DNA of 64,000 bases. It comes from an uncultured Chloroflexia bacterium. GTDB taxonomy: Bacteria; Chloroflexota; Limnocylindria; Limnocylindrales; CSP1-4. Position 1 is the stretch's first letter. Each line of letters starts with the position of its first letter. The stretch covers positions 1,152,001 through 1,216,000 of the forward strand of contig CAVPPB010000003.1 in NCBI GenBank assembly GCA_963707215.1. Reading direction: 5' to 3'. Below the pieces are notes generated by a model, which did not search any database, was not told the origin of the DNA, and saw nothing but the letters and a program-made list of their open reading frames with translations. Positions 51,077 through 61,585 of the stretch are shown piece by piece. The position numbers were made by a program, and so were the translations under genes.

Positions 51077-51781
51077 TCAGGATCGGAAGCTGTCGCCGGC
51101 CCGCAGCCGCTCCCGGTGCCGGCCGCGCCAGACGGTGACACGCCCGAGGCCGTGGACCTGCCAGGCGCCATCGCGGCCGACGAGGGCGGTGTCCTCGTCG
51201 ATCCCGAGGACGGTCACGCCGCGGGGCGCCCCGATGGCCAGGACCGCCGCGAACGCCTCGGGGATCCGGTCGTAATGCGGGATGACCGCCAGGCCCGGCG
51301 CCTCCTGGAGTGCATCCTCCCAGCGGAAGGGCAGGATCGCTCGACCCCGGATCCGGATCTGCCGGCCGGCGAGGACCATCGCGCCCGCGGAGCAGCCGGC
51401 CAGGACGGCGCCGCGACGGTTGGCCGCCCGGGCCGCCGCCCAGACCGGCGTCCCGGCCAGCGCCCGGAGCAGGTGCCCGGACCTACCGCCGGACAGATAG
51501 ACGAGGTCGGCCTCCCCGACCGCCTGGGCATAGGCCGGGTCATGGGCGTCGGTCGAGTCCCGGATCATGACCGCCTCGACTTCCGCACCAAGCGACCGGA
51601 AGTGGGCCTCACCCATCGCCGCCCAGCGACGGAAGACGTCCTCGCCGTCGGGGAACGATGCCGTGGGCAGCACGACGACGCGCGGTCGGCGAGCACCGGT
51701 CGCGTCGAGCAGCAGCCGATCGATATCGGCCATGACGGGAAGGAACTCGCCGGCGCCGATGAGCGCCACAGGCCCGGACAC
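51077..51781 (-). CDS. Peptidase S51 / cyanophycinase-like class I glutamine amidotransferase-fold protein
   Basis: LIGAGEF, VLPTAS, YLSGG, GCSAGAM, IPHY, GIDEDTA. Confidence 0.88.
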   Translation of the reverse strand: MSGPVALIGAGEFLPVMADIDRLLLDATGARRPRVVVLPTASFPDGEDVFRRWAAMGEAHFRSLGAEVEAVMIRDSTDAHDPAYAQAVGEADLVYLSGGRSGHLLRALAGTPVWAAARAANRRGAVLAGCSAGAMVLAGRQIRIRGRAILPFRWEDALQEAPGLAVIPHYDRIPEAFAAVLAIGAPRGVTVLGIDEDTALVGRDGAWQVHGLGRVTVWRGRHRERLRAGDSFRS

Positions 51782-51915
51782 GTCGGCGAGTCTAGCGACA
51801 ACTGCCCGAAGCGGCTGTGGAAGAAGGTTTGTCAGGCCCGCCGGCCATCGGCGACACTGACCGACCCGGTCCGTGCGTCCCCGGCGCCAGGCTCCGGGTG
51901 ACTCGGGAGGTGACC

Positions 51916-53490
51916 ATGGAGATCCGTCGCGGCTGGGTCCTCCTCGCGGTCGTCCTCGGCTCCGCGGTCGTCTTTCTCGACGGGACGGTCGTCAACGTCG
52001 CCCTGGAGCGGATCGGCGAGGACCTGCCGGCCGCCGTGATCGGCCGGCTCGAGGGGCTGACCTACATCAACGCGGGCTACCTGGCGATCCTGGCGGCCCT
52101 GCTGATCCTGGCCGGGGCCGCTGGTGATCGGTACGGCCGGCGGCGCGTCTTTGCGGCCGGTCTCGTCGGGTTCGGCCTCACCTCGATGCTCTGTGGCCTG
52201 GCTCCGACGCTCGAAGCGCTCGTCGCCTTCCGGCTGGTCCAGGGCGCGGCCGGGGCGCTCCTGGTCCCCGGGGCCCTGGCCATCATCACGGCGACCTTCG
52301 ATGGCGAGGAGCGCGGCCGCTCGATCGGGATCTGGGCCGCAGCGACCTCGGCCATGCTGATCCTGGGGCCGGTCATCGGCGGGATCCTGATCGACGTCGC
52401 CTCGTGGCGGGCCGTGTTCCTCATCAACGTCCCGCTGGTCCTGGTGGCTCTCTATGCCCTGCGGTTCGTGGCCGAGTCACGTGACGAGGGGGTCGGCCGG
52501 CGGCTCGACTGGCTCGGCGCGGCCGTCGTGACGGTCGCTATCGGAGGGCTCGCCTTCGGCGCCATCCGGGGCCAGGAGAGCGATTGGTCGGACCCGGTCG
52601 CCTTCGTCGCCCTGGGCGTCGGGGCGGTCGCCCTGGTCGCCTTCCCCGTGCTCATGACCCGACGGCCGGACCCCCTGGTGCCGCTCGAGCTGTTCCGGGA
52701 TCGGTCGTTCAGCACGATCAACCTCTCGACCCTGGTGATCTACGGTGCGCTCTACATGGTCTGGGCCTTCGTGGCCCTCTTCGCCCAGGGAACGCTCGGC
52801 TACAGCCCGCTGGCGTCCGGGTTGGTGCTGGCTGTCCCCGCCCTCCTGCTGACCGTCCTGTCGACCCCGGCGGGTCGCTCGGCCGCTCGCCTCGGGCCTC
52901 GCCGCTTCCTGGTCGTCGGGCCGCTCGTCATGGCAGCGGGTCTGGCCTGGCTCGTCCGGGTCCCGGCGTCGAGCGAGGCATGGACCGCGACCCTCGGCGA
53001 CCCGTCGAGCTTGCTGCCCCCGCCCGACGCAGTCGTCGACGTGGTCCTCGCGATGGTCGTCTACGGCCTGGGGCTCTCGCTCCTCGTCGCCCCCCTGACG
53101 ACCGCCCTGATGGCCTCGGTCCCGGTCAGCCGGGCGGGCCTCGGCTCGGCGATCAACAACGCGGTCTCGCGCGTCGGCGCACCGCTCGCGGGGGCGGTCC
53201 TCTTCATCGCGGTGAGCGCCACGTTCTACTCGACCGTGGTGGACCTGGTGCCTGGCCTTGGGGCCGACGACCCGATGGTCCAGCAGCTGGAGCCGCTGGC
53301 GCCTCCGGATCCGGCGCTGCCACCGGACGTGGTCGACGCCGCGAACGAGGCCTCGACCCAGGCCTTCCGCCTGGCCATGGCCGTCTCGGCCGCGATGCTC
53401 GTTGCAGGGGCGGTCGTCAGCGGGATCGGGCTGCGCCGTCCCGGGACGGGGCCACGGACGGCCGCCGACCATCCCGGCACCATCGGCTGA
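51916..53490 (+). CDS. MFS transporter (DHA2, 14-TM efflux type)
   Basis: FLDGTVVNVAL, GDRYGRRR, GPVIGG.L....WR.VFLINVP; GGAGGTG RBS. Confidence 0.92.
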   Translation: MEIRRGWVLLAVVLGSAVVFLDGTVVNVALERIGEDLPAAVIGRLEGLTYINAGYLAILAALLILAGAAGDRYGRRRVFAAGLVGFGLTSMLCGLAPTLEALVAFRLVQGAAGALLVPGALAIITATFDGEERGRSIGIWAAATSAMLILGPVIGGILIDVASWRAVFLINVPLVLVALYALRFVAESRDEGVGRRLDWLGAAVVTVAIGGLAFGAIRGQESDWSDPVAFVALGVGAVALVAFPVLMTRRPDPLVPLELFRDRSFSTINLSTLVIYGALYMVWAFVALFAQGTLGYSPLASGLVLAVPALLLTVLSTPAGRSAARLGPRRFLVVGPLVMAAGLAWLVRVPASSEAWTATLGDPSSLLPPPDAVVDVVLAMVVYGLGLSLLVAPLTTALMASVPVSRAGLGSAINNAVSRVGAPLAGAVLFIAVSATFYSTVVDLVPGLGADDPMVQQLEPLAPPDPALPPDVVDAANEASTQAFRLAMAVSAAMLVAGAVVSGIGLRRPGTGPRTAADHPGTIG

Positions 53491-54266
53491 TGGACGAGAC
53501 GAGACCTCCGCGGCGCTCCAGCGACCGACCGCGGGACTGGGACGGCTCGACCTACGACCGGATCTCGGACCCGATGCTTCGGATGGGTGCGGTCGTGCTC
53601 GAGCGCCTGGGTCTCGCTGGCGACGAGCGGGTCCTCGACGCCGGGTGTGGCTCCGGACGGGTCACCGAGCTGCTGGTCGAGCGACTCCCGTCGGGCAGGG
53701 TCGTGGCGGTGGATGGCTCCCCGTCGATGATCGCCGAGGCGCGGCGGCGCCTGGCTCGGTTCGGCGACCGGGTCGAGTGCCACGTCGCCGACCTGGCGCG
53801 ACCGCTGCCCCTCGCTGAGACGGTCGACGCCATCCTGTCGACGGCGACGTTCCACTGGATCGGCGACCACGACGCCCTCTTCCGGAACCTCGCCGCCGTC
53901 CTGCGGCCGGGTGGACGGCTGACGGCCCAGTGCGGCGGCGTCGGCAACCTCGAGACGGTCTTCGCGATCCTCGAGACCGTCGGCGACGGCTGGCGGGGAC
54001 CGCAGCGGTTCGAGACCCCGGAGGCGACGACCCGGAGGCTCACGGAGGCCGGCTTCCGTGACGTGCGCTGCTGGCTGGTCCGCGAGACGGTCGTCCTGGG
54101 ACCCGGCGAGCCGCTCGAGGCGTACCTGCGGACGATCGTCCTCGGCGCTCATCTCGAGCGCCTCCCGCAGGCGAAGCGGGATCCCTTCGTCCGGGCCGTC
54201 GCCGGCCGGATGGCCGAGCCGGTCCTCGACTACGTCCGGCTCAACATCGACGCGACGCGTGCCTGA
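53490..54266 (+). CDS. SAM-dependent methyltransferase (trans-aconitate methyltransferase-like)
   Basis: VLDAGCGSG, VDGSPSM, STATFHW, LRPGG, DYVRLN; TGATG coupling. Confidence 0.88.
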   Translation: MDETRPPRRSSDRPRDWDGSTYDRISDPMLRMGAVVLERLGLAGDERVLDAGCGSGRVTELLVERLPSGRVVAVDGSPSMIAEARRRLARFGDRVECHVADLARPLPLAETVDAILSTATFHWIGDHDALFRNLAAVLRPGGRLTAQCGGVGNLETVFAILETVGDGWRGPQRFETPEATTRRLTEAGFRDVRCWLVRETVVLGPGEPLEAYLRTIVLGAHLERLPQAKRDPFVRAVAGRMAEPVLDYVRLNIDATRA

Positions 54267-54334
54267 CCCGGATACGGACGGCCGACCACTTCACGGGGGC
54301 GGTCGACAACGGCGCTGTTCGCCGGCGCCGCGGG

Positions 54335-54880
54335 TCAGCGGACCCGGAACGGCTCGCCGTGACCGGGGATGACGACGTCGGCAGCCTGGAGGACGCGAGC
54401 CCGGCCCCGCTCGATCGCCGCCTGGTCCCAGCCCAGCGGGTCCACCTCTGGCGTCCGGTCGCCCCGCCACCACAGGTGGGTCAGGGCATAGACGGCGTCG
54501 TCGGCCTCGACGAGCAGCGTCGCGTCCTCCTCGGTGTGGCCGGGCGTGAGCCAGAGTCGGCTCCGCGGAGCCAGCCGGTACCCGTCACCATCGTGATCGA
54601 GCCACTCGTCGCCGCGGTAGCGGGCCCAGAAGTCGACGACCTCGGCATTCGGGAAGAGGGCGATGTTGACCGTGTGGTCCGGGTGGTGGTGGGACAGGAA
54701 GACGTGGGTGACGGCCTCGGGCGCCACGCCGAGGGCCGCGAGCGGGTCCAGGATGCGCGAGCGGCTGGCCACCATGCCCGGGTCGGCGACGATCACGGCG
54801 TCGCCGTCGCGGACGAGCACGACGCTGCTGGCGACGCGGTCGCCGGCATAGCCGGCGTGGAGCAGGTCGACGGTGGTCAC
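54335..54880 (-). CDS. Metallo-beta-lactamase fold protein
   Basis: DPG, SHHHPDH, TPGHT, IPGHG. Confidence 0.88.
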   Translation of the reverse strand: MTTVDLLHAGYAGDRVASSVVLVRDGDAVIVADPGMVASRSRILDPLAALGVAPEAVTHVFLSHHHPDHTVNIALFPNAEVVDFWARYRGDEWLDHDGDGYRLAPRSRLWLTPGHTEEDATLLVEADDAVYALTHLWWRGDRTPEVDPLGWDQAAIERGRARVLQAADVVIPGHGEPFRVR

Positions 54881-55125
54881 GGGTCACCTCACGAGCCGGC
54901 GCCGCCGACGGCGGCGGCACGCCTCGAGCGAGGGTAGCGGCCCGCTCGCCCCGCCGTCGCGTCCGGCGGCGGCCGTCGCCCCGCACGGCGGCCATCGCCC
55001 CCAGCGAGCGTCGCGCGTGCCGGACTCCTCCGTCCGCGGCGGGATCGCCGTGGCATCCTTCGGTCGCCGACCAGCCCACGCAGGCGTCCTCGCTGGGCAC
55101 GGTGGCCGAACAGCGAGGAGCCCCG

Positions 55126-56817
55126 ATGACCGTCGTGTCCGAACGAGCCCGGAACATCGACCGACCCCGTCCCTCAAAGGGCATCGCCGACCTGGTCCTG
55201 ACCGGGGGCACGGTCACCACGATGGACGCCACCCGGCGCGTCGCCGAGGCCATCGCCGTCACCGAGGGCCGCATCTCGTTCGTCGGACTGGCCCGCGACA
55301 CCCGGGCCCTCGTCGGCCCCTCCACCCGCGTCGTGGACCTGCGCGGCCGGATGGTCTTGCCCGGGTTCCAGGATGCCCATGTCCACCCGACCCATGGCGG
55401 TCTCGCCATGCTCCGCTGCGAGCTCCACGGTGTCGACGGAGCGATGGCCTGCGTCGACACGGTCCGGACCTACGCGGCAGCGAACCCGGACGTGGCATGG
55501 ATCCTCGGCGGCGGGTGGCAGATGGCCGACTACCCGCGGGGGACACCGGCGAAGGAGCTCCTGGACGCCGTCGTGGCCGACCGGCCGGTCCTTCTGACGA
55601 ACCGCGACGGGCACGGCGCGTGGGTGAACTCGCGGGCCCTGGAGCTGGCCGGCATCGACCGCGACACGCCCGACCCCGCCGACGGTCGGATCGAACGGAC
55701 TGCCGACGGTGAGCCGCAGGGGACCCTCCACGAGGGGGCCATGACCCTCGTCCAGCGTCTCGCTCCGGACACCGACCCGGAGGAGCTCGAGCGTGGCCTT
55801 GCCAAGGGTCAGGCCTACCTCCACTCGCTCGGCATCACCGCTTGGCAGGACGCCTGGGTGACGGAGGAGGACGACGACGCCTATGCCGCCCTGGCGGGCC
55901 GGGGCGAGCTGACCGCCCGGGTCGCAGCATCGTACTGGTGGGACCGGGAGCTCGGCCTCGACCAGCTCGATGACATCCTGGCCTGGCGCGATCGCGGCCC
56001 GGTGGGTCGGTACCGGCGGACCAGCGTCAAGCTCATGCTCGACGGCGTGCTCGAGAACTTCACCGGCGCCATGCTCGAGCCCTACCTGGATGCGGCCGGC
56101 CGCCCGACGGGCAACACCGGGATCGACTTCATCGCCCGCGACGTCCTGCTGGAGGCGGTGACCCGGATCGATGCCGCCGGCCTGCAGCCGCACTTCCACG
56201 CCATCGGCGACCGGGCCGTCCGGAACGCCCTGGACGCCGTCGAGGCGGCTCGTCGCGCCAACGGCTGGTCGGACACCCGCCCCCACGTCGCCCACATCCA
56301 GGTCATCCACCCCGACGACCTGGCGCGGTTCCGCCGGGTCAGCCTGGTGGCCGATGCCCAGCCGTACTGGGCCTGCCACGAGGAGCAGATGGATGAGCTG
56401 ACGATCCCCTTCCTGGGGCCGGTGCGAACGACCTGGCAGTACCCGTTCGCATCGCTCCGGCGGGCCGGGGCGATGCTCTGCATGGGCTCCGACTGGAGCG
56501 TCTCGACGCCCGACCCGCTGCTCGAGATGGAGGTCGCGGTCGAGCGGGTCGCCGATCGCAGCCGCGGCACGAGGGACCCCTTCCTGGCGGACGAGCGTCT
56601 GACCCTGGACGACGCCCTGGCCGCCTTCACCATCGGCTCCGCCTACGTGAACCACCTCGACGACGAGACCGGCACGCTCGAGGTCGGCAAGCTGGCCGAC
56701 CTGGCGGTCCTCGACCGCGACCTCTTCGCGCTGGGCGCCGGTCCCATCGGCGACGCCCGGGTCGTGCTGACGCTGGTCGAGGGCGACGTCGTCTACGAGG
56801 ACGGCCTGGAGGGCTGA
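55126..56817 (+). CDS. Amidohydrolase family 3 (YtcJ-like)
   Basis: PGFQDAHVH, KLMLDG, HAIGDRA, GSDW, GTLEVGKLADL; GAGGAG RBS. Confidence 0.92.
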   Translation: MTVVSERARNIDRPRPSKGIADLVLTGGTVTTMDATRRVAEAIAVTEGRISFVGLARDTRALVGPSTRVVDLRGRMVLPGFQDAHVHPTHGGLAMLRCELHGVDGAMACVDTVRTYAAANPDVAWILGGGWQMADYPRGTPAKELLDAVVADRPVLLTNRDGHGAWVNSRALELAGIDRDTPDPADGRIERTADGEPQGTLHEGAMTLVQRLAPDTDPEELERGLAKGQAYLHSLGITAWQDAWVTEEDDDAYAALAGRGELTARVAASYWWDRELGLDQLDDILAWRDRGPVGRYRRTSVKLMLDGVLENFTGAMLEPYLDAAGRPTGNTGIDFIARDVLLEAVTRIDAAGLQPHFHAIGDRAVRNALDAVEAARRANGWSDTRPHVAHIQVIHPDDLARFRRVSLVADAQPYWACHEEQMDELTIPFLGPVRTTWQYPFASLRRAGAMLCMGSDWSVSTPDPLLEMEVAVERVADRSRGTRDPFLADERLTLDDALAAFTIGSAYVNHLDDETGTLEVGKLADLAVLDRDLFALGAGPIGDARVVLTLVEGDVVYEDGLEG

Positions 56818-56840
56818 GGATCGCCGGCGGACCTCGGAAG

Positions 56841-56909
56841 GACCCCGGCGCGGCGTCCGCCGGAGCGACCCCGGCGCGGCGTCCGCCGGAGCGACCCCGG
56901 CGCGGCGTC
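56841..56909. repeat. 26-bp tandem repeat (about 2.6 copies)
   Basis: GACCCCGGCGCGGCGTCCGCCGGAGC at 56841 and 56867, partial copy at 56893. Confidence 0.88.
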
Positions 56910-57043
56910 GCAGGCTCGTCACGACGCATGACGTAGACGCACCGCCGACCGTTGCCGGTGTCCGTGCGAGCGGGCCGCTGCGACCATTCGGACTGCGAAC
57001 CTCACCGAGACCGGAGGGGCGCAGGAAGGAGGTCCAGCGAGAC

Positions 57044-57259
57044 ATGAACGCATACGCCGTATTCGTCGCCCAGCAGGCGATCGACCAGCTCCGAGAGGAC
57101 GCTCGTCAGGCGCGCCTCGCCCGGGCCGCCAGCGCCCGAGGGCCCCGGCGGTCCCCCATCACCGCGATCGCGGGGTGGGTCCGGCGGAAGCTGGAGGAGC
57201 CCGTCTCCGACGTCTTCATGGTCGTTCCGAAGCTGATCGACTACCCGCACCGCAGCTGA
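57044..57259 (+). CDS. Small hypothetical protein (71 aa)
   Basis: Strong AAGGAGGT RBS, 'IDQLREDARQARLARAA' helix, followed by a strong hairpin. Confidence 0.8.
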   Translation: MNAYAVFVAQQAIDQLREDARQARLARAASARGPRRSPITAIAGWVRRKLEEPVSDVFMVVPKLIDYPHRS

Positions 57260-57287
57260 TTCCCCACTCCTCCCGGCTGCGGAGCCT

Positions 57288-57320
57288 CACGACCGGCGGT
57301 CCCACGGACCGCCGGTCGTG
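57288..57320. terminator. Perfect 15-bp hairpin between convergent genes (probably bidirectional terminator)
   Basis: CACGACCGGCGGTCC-CAC-GGACCGCCGGTCGTG. Confidence 0.7.
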
Positions 57321-57352
57321 TCGTTCCTGCCGACGGCAGGGGGAGCCGCGCG

Positions 57353-58006
57353 TCAGCCGCGGCCGGGCGGCTCGAGGTCGGCAGGGCGGTCCACGTCGCG
57401 GAGCGAGAGGCCCGTCGGGTCGATCGCCCGCCAGACCGCCTCGGGGATCGCCTCCGCGCCGAGGTCGTCGAGCAGGGCGAGGAGACTGCGCCGGTCCCGG
57501 GCCAGGCAACGCTCCGCGGTGGCCCGGGCAGGTCCGACCCGGAGGCCGAGCGGCAGCGGACGGAGCGTCGTCCCGTCCAGCAGCGCCGCGGCGTCCGCCC
57601 CGCCACGCAGACGGTCGGCCAGGAGCTCGAGGATCGCCCCGGGGACGAACGGCATGTCGCCGCCGAGGACGAGCGCGAGCTCGGCGGTCGTCCCGTCCAG
57701 CGCGGCGGCCAGGCCGACCAGCGGGCCACCGTCGGGGACCGCATCCGCGACGGAGCGGACCGGCACCGGCGACGACGCCACCACCTCCAGCGCATCCGGC
57801 GGCTGCCCCGGCCGGACCGCGACGACGACCTCGTCGACGTGGGCGACCAGCGCGTCGATGGCATGGCGGACCAGCGGCCGGCCGCCCAGGTCCTCGACCA
57901 GCTTGTCGCGCCCGAACCGCCGGGACGCCCCTCCCGCCAGGATGATCCCGGCCACGCCCCGGAGCCCCCGGCCCCTGCCGGCGAGCGGCTCGCGAGGCTC
58001 CGTCAC
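57353..58006 (-). CDS. mobA: Molybdenum cofactor guanylyltransferase
   Basis: GIILAGGASRRFGRDK, GPLVGL, GGDMPF, DVDRPADL; GTG overlaps the selB stop. Confidence 0.88.
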   Translation of the reverse strand: MTEPREPLAGRGRGLRGVAGIILAGGASRRFGRDKLVEDLGGRPLVRHAIDALVAHVDEVVVAVRPGQPPDALEVVASSPVPVRSVADAVPDGGPLVGLAAALDGTTAELALVLGGDMPFVPGAILELLADRLRGGADAAALLDGTTLRPLPLGLRVGPARATAERCLARDRRSLLALLDDLGAEAIPEAVWRAIDPTGLSLRDVDRPADLEPPGRG

Positions 58007-60015
58007 GGCAGCGCGCCGGGAGCGCCGGTCCGTGGACCCGGAACGTGGCCGTCCGGGGTCCGCCGGAGGACGCCGCGCCGGTCGAGGTCCTCGAGGATGG
58101 CCAGGGCGAACCGGCGGCTGCTGCCGGTGGCGTCCCGGAAGGCCGCCGGGGTGAGCGGCCCGGACCTCGCCAACTCGATCGCCTGGGTCGCCAGGGCGCG
58201 ATAGGTGGTCGTGGCGTAGGCCAGCTCCGGCTCCAGCCGGACGATCCGGCCGGATCCCTCGAGGGCACGGACGCCTTCCGGCGGGCAGTCCGCGGACCGG
58301 ACGGCCTCGCCGAACGGGGGCGGGGCGGGCACGGCGAGGAGGGCTTCGAGGCGGTCCATGGCGGCCGCGAGCGCCGGCGGCGGGCCCGGCGTCGAGCCGG
58401 GTGGCCGGAGTCGATCCCCGTCGCGCTCCAGGCGTCCCTCGGCCACGAGCCGGTCGATGAGAGCGCTGGCGGCGGCCGAAGCGGCCGGCGGGGCGGCCGC
58501 CACCCGACGACGGAGACCCAGGGCCAGAGCCGTCCGGAGAGCCCCGATGGGGACGCCTGCCGAATCTGGTTCGGCCCGGACGTGGGCTTCGACGGTCTCG
58601 AGACCGGCCAGGGCGAGCTCGGAGGCGACGGTCGCCTCGACGACGAGGGACCCGAGCTGCACGGGTCCGGGAGCTGCGACCGACCCGTCCGGTCCGGCTG
58701 TGGCGGCCGAGCCGCCACGCTCCCAGCGCTCGACCGGCAGGGCTCCGTGGAGGTCGACGAGCGCCAGGGCACGGGCGTCGTCGCCGCCGGCTCCGGCGAG
58801 GGCGGCGAGCCGCGCGCCCGTCACTCGCCGCCGAGACACCCCGGTCGGGGGTCGGGGATCGAGCACCCACCCGCCCGCGACGGTGGCAGGCGGGGAGGGG
58901 CGGCGCAGGGCCAGCCGGTCGCCGGGACGGGCCGGGATGGGGCGGTCCAGGCGGACCTCCACGACCGTCGACCCATCGGGAAGCGCCGCCGGCTCGCTGC
59001 CGACCCGACGCAGGACGGCGCCGGCCTGGGCCGTGGCCAGGTGGATCCGGAGGTCGTCGCCCAGGGGCGGCCAGGCGCTCGACCGCCCTCCCGGCACCCG
59101 ACGCCGTTCCCCGATGCCACCGGGCGGTGCGGTGGCGTCGGCGGTCCAGCCGACCGGCCGACGGATCGCGACGAGCAGTCGGTCGGTGGCGACGACGAGC
59201 GGATCGGCCGTCAGGACCTGGCCGCGGGCCAGCGCGGCGGCGTCGATGCCGGCCAGGTTCAGGGCGGTCCGACCCACCGGTGCCCGCTCGATCGACCCCC
59301 CGTGCACCTGGACCTCGCGGACCCGGGCCGTCATGCCCCCCGGCTCGATCCGCAGGCTCCGGCCCACCTCCAGGGAGCCGCCCCGGAGCGTCCCGGTGAC
59401 GACCGTGCCGCGCCCCCGGACGGCGAAGACCCGGTCGATCGCCAGCCGCGGCCGGTCCGCGGACCCGTCTCTCCCGTCGGGTCGGTCGGCGCTGCGCTCC
59501 ACCGCGTCGCGCATCGCGACGAGGGCCGCCCGAAGCTCGTCCAGGCCCTCGCCCGTCTCGGCGGAGGTCAGGACGATCGGGGCGCCGGCCAGCGAGGTCC
59601 GCTCGACGAGCTCCCTGACCCGCTCCACGAGCTCCGATCGACGCGGGTCGCCGGGGGCCGCGAGGTCCGCTTTGGTGATCGACACGACGCCGGGCGCGAC
59701 CGCGAGCGCGTCGAGGAGCTCGAGGTGCTCCAGGGTCTGGGCTCGCGGCCCGTCATCCATCGCGACGACGAGCAGCGCAGCGTCGATCTCGCCCGCCCCG
59801 ACGAGCATGTTCCCGACGAGCCGGTCGTGCCCTGGCACGTCGACGAAGTCGAGCGAGCCGCCGTCGGGGAGGTCCAGATGGGCATAGCCGACGTCGATCG
59901 TCATGCCGCGCCGGCGCTCCTCGGGCAGGCGGTCGGCGTCGATCCCGGTCAGGGCTCGGAGCAGGGCCGTCTTGCCATGGTCGATGTGGCCGGCCGTGCC
60001 GACGACGACGGTCAT
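58003..60015 (-). CDS. selB: Selenocysteine-specific elongation factor SelB
   Basis: [38 protein letters not shown]-terminal winged helix '[20 protein letters not shown]'. Confidence 0.95.
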   Translation of the reverse strand: MTVVVGTAGHIDHGKTALLRALTGIDADRLPEERRRGMTIDVGYAHLDLPDGGSLDFVDVPGHDRLVGNMLVGAGEIDAALLVVAMDDGPRAQTLEHLELLDALAVAPGVVSITKADLAAPGDPRRSELVERVRELVERTSLAGAPIVLTSAETGEGLDELRAALVAMRDAVERSADRPDGRDGSADRPRLAIDRVFAVRGRGTVVTGTLRGGSLEVGRSLRIEPGGMTARVREVQVHGGSIERAPVGRTALNLAGIDAAALARGQVLTADPLVVATDRLLVAIRRPVGWTADATAPPGGIGERRRVPGGRSSAWPPLGDDLRIHLATAQAGAVLRRVGSEPAALPDGSTVVEVRLDRPIPARPGDRLALRRPSPPATVAGGWVLDPRPPTGVSRRRVTGARLAALAGAGGDDARALALVDLHGALPVERWERGGSAATAGPDGSVAAPGPVQLGSLVVEATVASELALAGLETVEAHVRAEPDSAGVPIGALRTALALGLRRRVAAAPPAASAAASALIDRLVAEGRLERDGDRLRPPGSTPGPPPALAAAMDRLEALLAVPAPPPFGEAVRSADCPPEGVRALEGSGRIVRLEPELAYATTTYRALATQAIELARSGPLTPAAFRDATGSSRRFALAILEDLDRRGVLRRTPDGHVPGPRTGAPGALP

Positions 60016-61388
60016 CGCGGGCCGCCGGCAGCCTCGAGCGCCTCGACCATGGCCCGGCGCAGGGCGTCGTCGCTGGCCCGGTCGACGGTCCGCAGGTCGA
60101 GCAGTACGACGTCGTCCTCGACCCGGGCGATGACCGACGGAGTGCCGGTCCGGAGCGCATCCAGGCAGCGCTTCGGTGAGCGCGCCCGGATCCCGACCCC
60201 CCACGACGGCAGGGTCTGGCCGGGCAGCGAACCGCCGCCGATCGTCGACTCCAGGCGCTCCATCGAGAAGCCCGGGACGTCGCCGATGCGGTACCGGGCG
60301 ACGATCGACTCGGACCACGCCTCCAGCTCGCCGAGCGGCGTGGCGATCGCCCGCCAGACCGGGATCTCGCTTCGGGCGAGGCCGGCGCGATAGAGGCCCA
60401 GCGTGGCCGCCACGCCGGCGAGGGTCGTCTTGTCCGGTCGGGTCGCCCGGGCCAGCGGGTCGCGCCGGATGCGGGCGACGAGATCCGCCCGGCCGACGAC
60501 GAGCCCGGCTTGCGGCCCGCCCACCAGCTTGTCGCCGCTGAAGGTCACGAGGTCGGCGCCGGCGGCGAGGCGCTCCATCGGCGTCGGCTCGTGGGCCAGG
60601 CCGAAGTCGGCCGTGTCGAGCAGCGCCCCGCTGCCGAGGTCGTCGACGACGATCGCCCCATGGGCATGGGCGGCCGCGGCGAGCTCGGCGGGGTCGGGAG
60701 CCTCCACGAAGCCCGACTGGACGAAGTTCGAGGGGTGGACCCGCAGGACCATCGCCACGCGGCCCTCGGCCAGCACCTCGCGGAAGTCCTCGACCCTGGT
60801 CCGGTTGGTCGTGCCGACCTCGACGAGGCGGGCCCCGGCCCGCCGGATGATCTCGGGGATCCGGACCCCGCCGCCGATCTCTACGAGCTCACCCCGGGCG
60901 ACGGCGACGCCCCGCCGGCCGGCCAGCCCGACGGCCAGGGCGACGGCGGCGGCGTTGTTGTTGGTGACCAGGGCGTCCTCGGCCCCGGTCAGGGCCACGA
61001 GGTGCTCCTCGGCTCGTCGGTAGCGCCTGCCGCGCCGGCCGGTCGCCCGATCCATCTCCAGCAGGAGCGCCTCGCGGGCGGCGGTGTCCGCTGCCTCGAT
61101 GGCCGCCCTCGGCCAGGCGGCCCGGCCGAGGTTCGTGTGGACGATCACGCCGGTCGCGTTGATGGCCGGGGTGGGGCCCGCGTCGACGACGAGGCGCTGG
61201 AGCCTGTCGACGACGTCCGCCGCCAGGCCCGAGACCTCCCGGGGTGCGGCGCCGTTCGCAAGCCGTTGCCGCTCGTCATCGACGACGCTCCTGGCGACAG
61301 CCGCCAGGGCCGCGGCGTACCGCTCGCCGACCAGCGGACGGACGGCGGCCAGGACTCGCTCGACGCTGGGTGGTCGGGGCGATGACAT
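60012..61388 (-). CDS. selA: L-seryl-tRNA(Sec) selenium transferase
   Basis: [56 protein letters not shown]. Confidence 0.96.
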   Translation of the reverse strand: MSSPRPPSVERVLAAVRPLVGERYAAALAAVARSVVDDERQRLANGAAPREVSGLAADVVDRLQRLVVDAGPTPAINATGVIVHTNLGRAAWPRAAIEAADTAAREALLLEMDRATGRRGRRYRRAEEHLVALTGAEDALVTNNNAAAVALAVGLAGRRGVAVARGELVEIGGGVRIPEIIRRAGARLVEVGTTNRTRVEDFREVLAEGRVAMVLRVHPSNFVQSGFVEAPDPAELAAAAHAHGAIVVDDLGSGALLDTADFGLAHEPTPMERLAAGADLVTFSGDKLVGGPQAGLVVGRADLVARIRRDPLARATRPDKTTLAGVAATLGLYRAGLARSEIPVWRAIATPLGELEAWSESIVARYRIGDVPGFSMERLESTIGGGSLPGQTLPSWGVGIRARSPKRCLDALRTGTPSVIARVEDDVVLLDLRTVDRASDDALRRAMVEALEAAGGPR

Positions 61389-61405
61389 CGACCGGGTCCT
61401 CCGCT

Positions 61406-61502
61406 TGGCGGGAGCGCATGGGAGTCGAACCCACCACGCGACGCCGAGCGCCGCGTCACCGGTTTTGAAGACCGGGAGACCCACCGGGACCCCTCCGCTC
61501 CC
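61406..61502 (-). tRNA. selC: tRNA-Sec (anticodon UCA)
   Basis: 97 nt; anticodon arm CCGGT-CTTCAAA-ACCGG, 6-bp D stem, long variable arm, GTTCGACT T loop, encoded GCCA; TACCAT -10 just upstream; adjacent to selA. Confidence 0.96.
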
Positions 61503-61585
61503 GTGGAGATGGTATCCGCTTCCCCTCGTGGGCTACCCTGTCCCGACCGCCGGAGCGAGGAAGCCGTCATGCGAGTCCCGATCCG

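Noticed and set aside
54884-55120. Small ORF between the MBL gene and the amidohydrolase
   Set aside because: Candidate frames are low-complexity and Arg-rich with no convincing start signal.
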